A DNA stretch of 64,000 nucleotides from Takakia lepidozioides. Taxonomy: Eukaryota > Plantae > Bryophyta. Under the pieces are notes generated by a model. That model did not search any database. It was not told the origin of the DNA and worked only from the letters and a program-made list of their open reading frames with translations. The translations under genes and the position numbers were made by a program. Positions 37,956-49,645 of the stretch are shown here, piece after piece. Every line of letters starts with the position of its first letter. Position 1 is the stretch's first letter. The stretch spans positions 74,834,001 through 74,898,000 of the forward strand of contig CM060732.1 of NCBI GenBank assembly GCA_030704615.1, in the 5' to 3' direction.

Positions 37956-38236
37956 GCCTCCGCTGGATCTGTTTATATCCGGTTTTTTTATTTTTGCACC
38001 TCCTCCGGATATATGAAGATAATAGGAATAATGTAAGAACTTAATGCAAGCGCGTCAGGACGGTCCAACCCTGACACCCGTACCGCCGGTTCTTCGCCTC
38101 CGGCAGACATCGAAAGGCAGCCGGCTGGGCTTGGTCAATCCCTCCCCACCCCCGCCCTCATCCCATCGGCGTCGTCGCCCCCTGCGTCGTCGTTCTGCGA
38201 CACCAGTCCGCTGCTTCCAGCAGTCCGCCAGTTCCC

Positions 38237-39890
38237 TGTAACCCCCGCTCCGGGTTCAACCATCACCCCCATGTAACCCTCTGTAACCCATATAACCCCA
38301 TGACCCTCTGTAACCCTCACCACCATGTAACCCTCTGTAACCCATGTAACCCTCTATAACATCGCAGAGTGTCACCCCCACCCCTATGTAACCCTCACTA
38401 CATGTAACCCTCTGTAACCCTCTATAACACCGCAGAGTGTCACCCCCACCCCTATAAAACCCTCACTACATGTAACCCTCTGTAACACTTTGCAACCCAT
38501 GTAACCCTATGTAACCCTCTGTAACCCATGTAACCCTCTGTAACACCGCAGAGTGTAACCCTCACTCCATGTAACCCTCTATAACCCTTTGTAACCCATG
38601 TAATCCTCTGTGACCCTTTGTAACCCATGTAACCCTCTGTGACCCTTTGTAACCCTCACCACCATGTAACCCTCTGTAACACCGCAGAGTGTCACCCTCA
38701 CCCGTATGTAACCCTCACTCCATGTAACCCTCTCTGACCCTCTGTAACCCTCACCACCATGTAACCCTCTGTAACCCATGTAACCCTCTGTGACCCTCTA
38801 TATCCCTCACCAGGTGTAACCCTTACCACCATGTAACCCTCTGTAACACCGCAGAGTGTCACCCTCGCCACCATGTAATCCTCCGTAACCCTCATAAACC
38901 CTCTGTGACACCGCAGAGTGTCACCCTCATCCCATGTAACCCTCACTCCATGTAACCCTCACAAACCCTCTGTGGCTCTGTAACCCATGTAACCCTCTGT
39001 GACCCTTTGTAACCCTCACCACCATATAACCCTCTGTAACACCGCAGAGTGTCACCCTCACCCCTATGTAACCCTCATTCCATGTAACCCTCTCTGACCC
39101 CCTGTAACCTTCACCACCATGTAACCCTCTGTAACCCATGTAACCCTGTGTGACCCTCTATATCCCTCACCAGGTGTAACCCTTACCACCATGTAACCCT
39201 CTGTAACACCGCAGAGTGTCACCCTCGCCACCATGTAACCCTCACTCCATGTAACCCTCACAAACCCTCTGTGGCTCTGTAACCATGTAACCCTCTGTAA
39301 CACCGCAGAGTGTCGCCCTCACCCCTTATGTAACCCTCACTCCATGTAACCCTCTGTAACCCATGTAACCCTCTGTGACCCTTTGTAACCATCACCACCA
39401 TGTAACCCTCTGTAACACCGCAGAGTGTCACCCTCACCCCTATGTAACCCTCATTCCATGTAACCCTCTCTGACCCTCTGTAACCCTCACCACCATGTAA
39501 CCCTCTGTAACCCATGTAACCCTCTATGACCCTCTATATCCCTCACCAGGTGTAACCCTTACCACCATGTAACCCTCTGTAACACCACAGAGTGTCACCC
39601 TCGCCACCATGTAACCCTCACTCCATATAACCCTCACAAACCCTCTGTGGCTCTGTAACCTATGTAACCCTATGTAACACCGCAGAGTGTCGCCCTCACC
39701 CCTTATGTAACCCTCACTCCATGTAACCCTCTATAACCCATGTAACCCTCTGTGACCCTTTGTAACCCTCACCACCATGTAACCTTCTGTAACACCGCAG
39801 AGTGTCACCCTCACCCCTATGTAACCCTCACTTCCTGTAACCCTCTCTGACCCTCTGTAACCCTCACCACCATGTAACCCTCTGTAACAC
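38237..39890. repeat. Subterminal minisatellite of (CCA/CTC)TGTAACC monomers with higher-order ~360-376-bp period
   Basis: 9-10-bp monomers plus an ACCGCAGAGTGTCACCCTC unit. The landmark TATCCCTCACCAGG recurs at 38801, 39161 and 39537. Confidence 0.95.
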
Positions 39891-40059
39891 CGCCACGTGT
39901 ACATCATACACGTGTAAACTATCCGCCGGCCGAATGGAGGTTTAAATAGAGGCCGAAACCCTAATTTGCTCTCTCCATCCGTTTTTCAAATTCCTAGCTC
40001 GCTCGTTTTTTTGCTTTGGGGCATCAGCTTTCTGCAATTCCCATGGTGCCCAATCGGCT

Positions 40060-40445
40060 TCACACATCAATGCGAAAGATTTGTAGTTCATTTAGTTCAG
40101 TATCGTCATCCCAGCAACATACAAGACAACGCTTTCCGCGCAGTGATCCGTCAAATCTATTACTACGGTTTTCTCTACGATTGATACGGTTGTCTCTATT
40201 TTTTTTCTGTCTCAATGTCATTCTTGTTGTTTTGTCACCGTCCCCGATGGCTATGGTATTCCTAAGATCCGCATTAGGAAAGGGTTTTGTTTCTTTCGGT
40301 CTAGCCATGCAAGCAGCCGCTCATTTGACGAGGTGCCCATTCACTCTCCTCTCGTGTATCTTTTGTTCACACACCAGCCGGGGCAGCCTACTCATCGCTA
40401 TTATGGATGCAATACGTATCGAATCATGTGTGTTTTGCGAGCACT
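40060..40445 (-). pseudogene. Degenerate inverted paralogue of the zinc-finger ORF at 41207
   Basis: GHLVK*AAACMARPKETKPFPNADLR versus RHIVDGMAACMARPKGTKPFPDAELK; contains a stop and a frameshift. Confidence 0.7.
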
Positions 40446-41206
40446 GTCAACCGGTTACATGTCTGATGGTTTATATGACTACCTCACGTGTGCTATGGTT
40501 ACACTCAGGGGGTTACACGGTGTTTTCTTTCTCAATACATGCTGGCTTGGTAGACGGTTTAGTAATGGAGGTTTAGATGGGGTTGACATGTTTGATGGGT
40601 TACGTGGATGTTGCGCTCGTGGAGCCACATAGGCTAGGGTTACATGGGTGGGGCGTTACATTGACCATGTTTACCTGGAGGTTGCATACTAATGGTTTGA
40701 TATGACAGGGTTACATCGATGTTGTGTTCGGGAGTCACATAGACTAGGGGTACATGAGGTCGTGACGAAGGGTTACATCATATGTGGGTACCTGATGGAG
40801 GGTTACACTCGACGTGCCTGGCATGCGGGTAACGGCCGGTTTGTCGCGCTCACAAGTGTAGGGTTACAGGTTACACTCCGCTATTCCGGGTGACACCGGG
40901 ATTGCAACTCATACACGTGTGAGTCAGTGCGGATATAATTGATTGCAAGCCGCCAGATTTTAATGAACCGCCGTCTTTCGCTTAACCGACGTGCCTTACT
41001 GGTGATATCTAGCTAGCTTTGTTCTTCGCTCTTTGATCATTGTTCAGTTTTCCCCTTCTCGTAGCCTTTCATATTCTTCCTACACTCCTTACTGTGCGTG
41101 CTCCCTGTTGTGCGTTCTTCGGAATTCTCTTGGTCTTGGTCTTTTCTTGTCTTGTCTTTTCTTGCTCTTGCTCTTCTCTTCTCTTCTGTCAGCTTTTTCT
41201 TTTGTC

Positions 41207-42586
41207 ATGGCTGATTGTTATTTGTTCCCTAGAGAGGCTACTATTCCATTTGATCACTTGAAAAGGGATGGCGAACGAGTTCGCTTCTGGTACACTGAGC
41301 ATGAGCATGCTACAATGATCGCGTACTGCCACACCAGGTGTAGAGAGGCCAAGGTGGAGGGAGCAAAGGGCCGGCCTAAGTTCAAATGTCCTTATTGTGG
41401 GGCAGTAAAGGTAGATAAGAGCAGATTGAATCGGCATATTGTCGATGGAATGGCCGCATGTATGGCCAGACCGAAAGGAACAAAACCGTTTCCTGATGCG
41501 GAGCTCAAGCATGCCATGGCTGTTGAAAATGTGATGAATTCTGTTCCAGCTTCTTCTGTTGATGCATATCATGCATGGATTCTGCAAAATAGGGTGGCTT
41601 TGGGTGAGATTGCAGATCCTATTGAAGTGCCTGCTGTTGTACCTTCTTCGGCTATTTCTGCTACAGAGGTTCCATCTTCTGGTGCTCCTGCTGTTTCTGT
41701 CCCTGGTCCTTCTATTCAGGTTTCTAACGAGAGAGACAAGCGGCGATTGAGCCCGCCTCTACCTGTCCCTATTGCAAAGAAAATCAACATTGGAAACCGG
41801 GGAAACCGGAGCTCAAGGTTCATCTTGCGAAAGCGAACTCCAGGCTCAATCCTTCTGCTACCGCATGGCCTTATTCCTCAGTTCCCATTTCTGAATGTCA
41901 ATGAGAAGGGGTTTTGGCCGGCATTCCAAGAATTTGTTGCGCGAGGCGAGGGCGCAGTCCATGCGACAGCTGCAAAATCAAGTTGGGTTCTATCGACAGA
42001 CAATCAAGTTGGATTCCCTGCCATTTCTCTGTTTTTCAAATTTTCGGCTGTTGTCTATCCATGTAACCCCTTGTGTTACCCCCCCCCCCCCCTTGTCTCT
42101 CCTGTGGCGTGTAACCCAGAGTGTAACCCACCTATAGAGGACCCCTTTCAAAAACCCCTATGGTGTGTAACCCACCTCTGTGTAACCCCGTGTAGCCCAT
42201 CTTGTTTGTAACCCATTTTCATGTGTAACCCCTCGTGCTGTAACCCTTTTCTCTGGTGTAACCCCTCACGCTGTATTGCGCAGGGAGCTCGATATCATCT
42301 TAGAAGGGATGATATGGACAGTGTTGTTGCTGCCCACAAGGCGTTTACTGCCCAGCCGGATCATGGTCCGTTAATGATAGAGGAATTGAATCGGGTGAAG
42401 GAGTATTTAGAGAGCATTGGGCATCCTGACATGCCAAAGCAGAAAAAGAAAAAGGGTGGGAAACTTACACGAGTCCATCAAGAGAGCCAAGCCTCACATG
42501 ATGATGACACGATGGACGAACTAGCTGTTGGCAATACCGACCTTGACGATGCCAGAACTTCAAATCCTCTTGTCATAACTATTACT
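41207..42586 (+). pseudogene. MULE accessory ORF with CxxC..H..C zinc-finger-like motif; interrupted by the CACTA insertion
   Basis: KFKCPYCGAVKVDKSRLNRHIVDGMAAC. Motif-filled intron at ~42008-42283. Second exon cut at 42587. Confidence 0.6.
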
Positions 42587-43889
42587 CACTGCAAGATATG
42601 AGCGTTTTTAGGACTACGGGTTTGGCGGAGTCATAAAAACTGCACTAGGTACATGACTACAGAGCGCTGAAATGCATTACAGTTTTAGTTTTATGACTTT
42701 GTAGTAATGGATATCACTACATGACTCCGGAAAGTTAGGGAGCATTGGTCAAACATTGTTGACCATGATGACAGGGATGGTTTATATGACTAGTGTGATA
42801 TGTTTGACTACACGTGGACGACGTTTCATGGAATCTTATGACTCCATGACTGAAGATGGTTTCAGAGCTCTACGACTACATCACTACACGTGTCATTTTG
42901 AAGGCACATATAATGCAAATAAATTGCCCATTAGGTTTAAAAAAGTTAAAATTTTTGCTAATAAGGTTGCCCATTAGTGTAATCGTGAACAGAAAGGAGG
43001 GCTGGGACTTGGCGTCTTTTTGTCTCCTGCGCCACACCACATAGCTGAGGGATGGAACGCGATGATAGCAGGATATGCAGGGGCGTGAGATGGAGGCGTT
43101 GAGCAAATGATGCACGAAGGAGGAGAGGAGGAGGAGACGAGACGAGACGAGACGAGGACAAGCGAGCTCGCCGTTCTTGGGACAGTCAGCTTGGTCTTAG
43201 CAAGCGTGTTTCAATCTTTGACTACTCATCTACGCCGTAGTGGTTCGATCTGACAGACCAATCCGACATTACCTGACTACAGACACAAGCAGCACACACA
43301 AGAGGTCATCGGTCAAATCCTCCATGGGTCAGGACAGGTCAAGGACAATGTGGTAGGGCACCTTCTTCTTCAACCTATTTCAGCCTGTGTTGCCCTCTCA
43401 TCAGACTCGGCCGCAAGATGCATATTGAATTCTGTAAGTTAGGTCGTTGGGTACATCTGTGGTCGTTTGGAGTGACTTTGGCAAGTTACTGCCAGTGTGG
43501 CAGCAGGGAAGTATCCAAAAACATATAATAGAGGTGAGGAGAAGCTGGGGTGAACACTTTCCGACCCCAATGGTGGGACAATGGAGACAAAAAGGCGAAT
43601 GCCTGTTGGACTACAGAGAGAAGCAGATGCATTTCAGATTGTGATAAGTAGGGTTGGGGTGTTTTGGGGAAGAACTCCACACCAGTATGGTTGGGGTGTT
43701 TGCTGGTAGAATTGTAGGCTGTCAGAGGCATGGATAGCTGAAGGAGCAGGGATAGAGTGTGGGTCCACATTCATCCAAGAGGGCTGGATTTCAAGCTCCA
43801 CATTACCTATGATTCCCTGTGGAAGGATAGGTACAAGAAACCTACATGGGTAGATGGTCAACTGGAAGCGACATGCTGTACTATATGTC

Positions 43890-45100
43890 ATTACTGTACT
43901 ATATGTCATTCCAGAGACTGTCATTGTTGGTCCATGTGTTTTACAACAATGCTATCAATATAAGACTCCTGGTTCGCATTGGAAGCTCAATCCCTGCAAG
44001 TTCATTGTGTGTGAAGCTCAAACTTGCGATTTGAAGGATCTTGTAGCCAAGTTTATTCAACCGGAAAGGAGAAATTCTGAAAGCTCCCAAATTTGATGTG
44101 GGCAAGCTTATGGAGGTAAGACTTAGCGTCCCTCCTCTAATGTAAGTGTTGGATAAGTTTCATTTAGTGTCGACCTTCACTGCATATATTGGCTCTTTTC
44201 TTGGCTGGTTTCATATTTTCTTGGCTGGTATGCTGTTGGTTGGCTTCTTTCATTTCACGTGTATAGTGGAAGGGGAGAAGTACTTTCCTAAGTTCTGCTG
44301 CAACAATGTCTTTTTCCAGCCTAGATGTTTTCGATGGATACAAATTGAAGTGTTTTGAATGTTGCTGCAATACTATAATAAAGTGGAGGGTGCTGAATGC
44401 AGTTGGCCTTGCTTCGTGCAGGCATAATCCAGGGAAATGTGGACATAGCTGAAACCCCATGATAGCATTTCCAGAGGACGGTGTGGATGGCCTCACAATC
44501 CAGCATGCAAAATCCATGACAATGTGGAGCTGGCTGAATGGGCAAACAGGTTAAGTGGCGAACAAGCCACGTCACTGGTAGATAGTTGTATGCTTACATA
44601 GTACATGAAAGCATACTATATGTCATTCCCGAAATTGACCATGTTGGTCCATGTATTTTACAACAATGCTATCAATAAAAGACCAATGGTTCGCATTGGA
44701 AACTCTATCCCCGTAAGTGGCTTGTGCGTGATGCTCAAACTTGTGATTTGAAGGATCTTATACCCCAGTTCATTGCAGAGGTCATTGGAAAAGACATTGA
44801 GAAGGCAACAGCCGTTATCTATAATCTACAGATCCCCTTCAATTTGATGTGGGAAAGGCGGCTGGCTGGAGGTCTAGTCTCACTTTCACTCATCTAATGT
44901 CAGTGTTGTATCCATTGCAATGTGGAGATGTTTGAAACAACATTGGAGCATTTCCAGAGGATGGTCTGGATGGCCTTTCGTGGCGTGTGCCGAATCCATG
45001 GCAAGAAAACATTGCAGGCAGAACCCATGGCAATGGTACCAGCACGGGTTGGTCCAAAGCCAATTGCAACAACAAATGAATAAAGGGTGCTGAAAGGAAA
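43890..45100 (+). repeat. Diverged tandem duplication of an unknown cargo coding module
   Basis: 43898-44100 resembles 44617-44852 (YVIPE..VGPC.LQQCYQ.K..GSHWKL.P). 44463-44492 resembles 44948-44977. Confidence 0.7.
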
Positions 45101-45225
45101 ACACTCCATAATTGATCATAAAATCCAGTGTCCAAGCATGATATCTTAATGGGAATGCGAAGGGAGTGTTACCACCTTAAACTATCATGCATGGTCTATA
45201 ACTGGAGTGCACAAATCGCGCATAT

Positions 45226-48200
45226 CTAATCTTCATCATCCTCATCTATGTCTGGAACATTACATGTATCACTGTCTTCATCACAGACTTCAACTTCTCC
45301 ATGGGTTGGCTGAACATCATCACCACGTATACGGGGTGCTCGGAGGTACAAGGAGGCCACCTGCTCTGGAGTAACCGGTACCGCTCGGCTGCATGTTGGG
45401 CCATCAGTAACCACAGTCTCCTCTAGTCTTTGTGGGGCTAACAATCCTTCCACTTCCGCCACATCATCATTATCAATTGATATGTCGCAGACCACTCTAC
45501 GTGCTCGGGGGCTCTTCTCTAGGACGACTTTCCACCCCGGCTCCTTTACACAATCAGAAAAAAACACTTGATCAACCTGGCCAGGAAACACAAAAGGTTG
45601 CTCAGAAGGTGGAAGCATACGGTTAAAATTGACAAGTGTGAAGCCAGCATCATCCTGCTTCATTGATATAGGTTGACGACCCACGCGACTCGCCCGTACC
45701 CACGAACACAAAAACACTATAGGCTGTGTTTGGCCATAGTCAATTTGCAAAATCTCCCTTATAAGACCCACATATCTTGTAGGTTCCTCCATGTCATTGC
45801 CTGAATTGTTGGTAATGGGCTGGTGCTGGAAAACAGATGAGACTCCACAATCAAAAGACACCATACTTGTTGTGTTCATGCCGGGGGATGTAACCCTGTA
45901 ATGGTTACCATACGCTGTCATACTCTTGAATGACAGGGCAGTAAATGATGGAGGCCTTGAAAGATCCAGTAATTCCTCATGTGTTGTAGGATCAAGCCCA
46001 TCTGATTGAATTGAGAGATGATCCCGTACACCTTGAGGGAGCCAAACAGCAAATGGAGGACAAGGATACAAATCAGGAGGGTACTGAATTGCCGTGGGAT
46101 TGCTCATGCCTTCCAGCCCTTGCTCCTCACGAAACAAGCGTCGTCTGGCTTCTATCCATGTGGACTCTGCTTCATATATCCTGTCACAATCCGAGGGTCA
46201 GCCAGGAGATTGACAGAGGTGGCGTGGGAGACTTGAAAAGACGCCATATGCCAACTAATGATAAATGACTAAAACTTGGAAATCTGAATGTCAATGAAGT
46301 AGATTTCTTACCCCAACATGACTGATAGACGAGGATGGTTCTGAATGATGTACTCATGTACAATATCATACAGGTCATTCAATTTTCGGGCTTTAGAACT
46401 TCCTTCCACAACTTCACGTTCCACAGATTCTGCCTCATCTGCATCCCACACCCTTCGTACACTTCCATCAAATCCTGCCATATACTCTGTGCAAAAACCC
46501 AATGCTTCTTCAAATTGGTATCCTTCTGCCATGCTCCCCTCGGGCCTTGCCATGTTTCTTACGTAGCCCTTCATATCTTTCATTGCCCGCTCCATGGGGT
46601 ACATCCAACGAGATGCTACGGGCCCGCATAAGTACAACTCATCCACTAGGTGAACAACCAGATGTGTCATCACATCAAAAAATGATGGTGGGAACTCCTT
46701 CTCTATAAGACACAGAGTGAGAACTGCTTCAGTTCTCAATTCCTCATACTCTACAGGATTCACCACTTTTGCACACAACTTCTGAAATACACGACATACT
46801 CGCAAAATGGCCCTTTGAGGACCACTTGGCATGAGCCCACGGATAGCAAGCGGTATAATTTGCTGCATGAGCACATGATAGTCATATGATTTCATGCCTG
46901 ACAACTTCTTCTTCACCACATGCTTTTTGAATGCTGATGCGTAGCCTGTTGGCACTTTCAAGTTCTGCACAATCTCCAGAAAGACTTGTAACTCAGCCTC
47001 AGTGAGGACATAAGGGGCAGGAGGCATAATTAACGTATCTGCTCTGTCAGGATCACGTTGTAGCCACAATTCCGGGCGCATCCCAAGTAGCTCCAAATCA
47101 CGGCGAACTTTCAATGTGTCTTTCTCACCAAAGATAGTTTTAATAATATTTTCAGCCAAGTTCTTCTCGCAATGCATTGCGTCAAACGTGTGGCGGATGA
47201 GGAGACCCTACAAAATGAACACATAAGCAATTGAGGCATTAACTCATCACAATTTAAACAGAAAACGCAAAAATATACACAGCCAATTTAAAGGAATTCC
47301 ATACTCAGTAGCGCCATTGAACATTCTTGACCTTCTATATGGATGATTGCGGGCCAAAAATCTTCGGTGGCCTAGGAAAACAATTTTTCCACATGTGTGT
47401 AACTGCTGTGAAGTCACCCCGGGTCCACAAGCTGGACAACCAGCATAACCTTTCGTCACTTGACCTGAGAGCAAGCCATATGCAGGGTAGTCATGGATTG
47501 ACCACATCAACACTGCCCTCAGTGTGAATTCGCGTTGACCACGAGGACGGGAAACATCATGAGCTGCAATCCCTCTCCATAGTTCCAATAGCTCTTCCAC
47601 TAGGGGCATCAGGTAAACATCTACGTTGTCCGAGGTAACAGACTCCTTACCAGGAATCAGTAGCGCTAACATGACAAAGATTTTTTTGGTCATTAACCAC
47701 GGAGGCAGATTGTAATTGACCAAGAGAACGGGCCATGTGCTCCAACTTGTGGATTGAGCTCCGTAGGGATTTACACCGTCTAAGGCCAATCCAAATCGCA
47801 GAGATCGTGGCTCTGCAGCAAAATCCGCAAATGTGGTGTCAATGTGTCTCCATGCTTTGCTATCAGCTGGATGTCGAACCAACCCATCCTGGCTCTTATG
47901 TCTGTCGTGCCATGTCATGAGGTTAGCGATCGATTTACATCGGTACATACGTTTCAACCTTGGAATGACAGGGAAGTGTCGCAATACTTTCTTGGGCACA
48001 CTTCCACGACCTGGAATGTTACGGGAACTGCGGCACACTGGGCAAATGTCTACATTCTCATACTCCCCACGGAAGAGTACACAACCACGCTCACAGGCAT
48101 GAATCATCGTGTACTGCAATCCCATCTTGGCAATCATGGTTTTTGCTTCATAGTGAGTTTTCGGCAATGAATTCTCTCTAGGCAAAAAACTCTTACGCAA

Positions 48201-49084
48201 CAATCCCAGAAGCTCATCCACAAATGCATTGGTGCACTTGTGGGTAGTGCATGCGTTCAGCAACGTCAAAGTTGCTTGCAGCCGGCTGATGGAGCACCCT
48301 TCAAAAAGTGGACATTGCGACGCTCGGAAGAGTTTATCATACTCGGGATCAACGTGCAGGTGAGCATTCTCATCAAATTCATTGTCTCCGGAATCGTCGA
48401 GATCATCGTCATGATCGGCAAATGTGTGATCGGTTCCACCATGAATGGGGTCTTCTGTTTGCATCTGCAAAGAGAAACGCTTCCTGCAATGCACGCTGCA
48501 TTTCTACCTCCAATCCACCACTCTCATCTGCGTTCTCTGTGACATTGGGCTCCCGCTGTGCCGCAGGGCCTTCGTCTTCATCATCTGAATATTCACATCC
48601 CTGCATCCCAATAGTCATCTTGTGAGTGGACCAACAACGATGTGACACTTGTTCATATTATGAACATATATGACTACATGACTACACATGACCAATGAAA
48701 ACACGACATGTGCATTAATTAAAGTGATAACGGAAGTGGCGTAGTCATACTCACGTCTGTATCTTATGACTTCTTGACTACAATCACCCAACGAAATGTC
48801 GACATGTGGAGAAGAGGATCGTTGCATTCAAAATTCAAACTAAAGTGCTGAAGGGAAAGTGGCGATCTTACCGGAAGAGAACAGCGTTGGAGAAGAGGAT
48901 CCCTCCCGTGTATCATGTAATGATTCCTCACTGTTTCCAACAAGAGTACTTTTCCTCCATGACACTCATCGCAGTTGCATAGCATTTTTGTATGCCCATT
49001 CCTTGTGGCATAAGCTTCTTCCATTCGCCATAGACGGTCATCTATTCTACGCCTACGCATCCGTTCGCCACCTGCACTGTACAT
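45226..49084 (-). pseudogene. CACTA TnpD/Tnp2-type transposase (transposase-associated, Transposase_21, DUF4218, DUF4216 domains)
   Basis: CNCDEC..VRNH, IHACERGCVLF, HPADSKAW, GLALDGVNP, YNLPPW, HDYPAY, DAMHCEKN, FFDVMTHLVVHL and WMYPMER. Spliced, with frameshift(s). Confidence 0.92.
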
Positions 49085-49645
49085 GCTTTGAACGTCACCC
49101 CTTCCCTCTTTGCATGCTACGCACAGTGCATTGTCTCTAGTTTTGCACCAGCTGCCAATGTGCTATTTCTATATCTATAGTATACTATAAGTATCGTTTC
49201 TGAGTGTCCATGGTGAAGCGGAAGGTCTTCGAAGTGACAGTCCCTCTCACTGAGTACGAGAAGTTCCGAGAGCGCCGGATTGCTGCCATAAAGGAGGTGG
49301 AAGCAACGTTCAAGCAGTCGATAGATGGGTGAGTTTAGTTCCTGACTTTGGATACCCACCCACTAAACTTGCGATTTGCCTTATCCTCTAACCTTCCTAC
49401 AGCGATCATAAGCTTCATAGCACAAATGGGGGCGAGTAGCTGCGACTTGTACAAACAGAGAGGCAAACAACATGCAGTGAGTGACGATTAGGTTTGAGGA
49501 GGGTGTGTCATTAGGCGGGAGATGTCCGCCGTCATTCGTGGGCAGGCATTACGTCCTGGTAGGGTGCGGCTGTGGTTCAGCGTAGGCTTAAGAGTATTAG
49601 GGTATGTATGCTTACATTTGTTTGTGATTGTTTGAGAGGGAGGTC

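Noticed and set aside
38135-39515. Many VTEGY/RVT-repeat ORFs
   Set aside because: They are translations of the minisatellite, with no evidence of coding.
38237-39890. CRISPR array or true telomere
   Set aside because: No unique spacers, eukaryotic context, and not a pure telomeric repeat; it lies inside a TIR element.
43050-43115. PPR-like peptide WNAMIAGYA
   Set aside because: A single short motif followed by a stop; too little to call a captured PPR gene.
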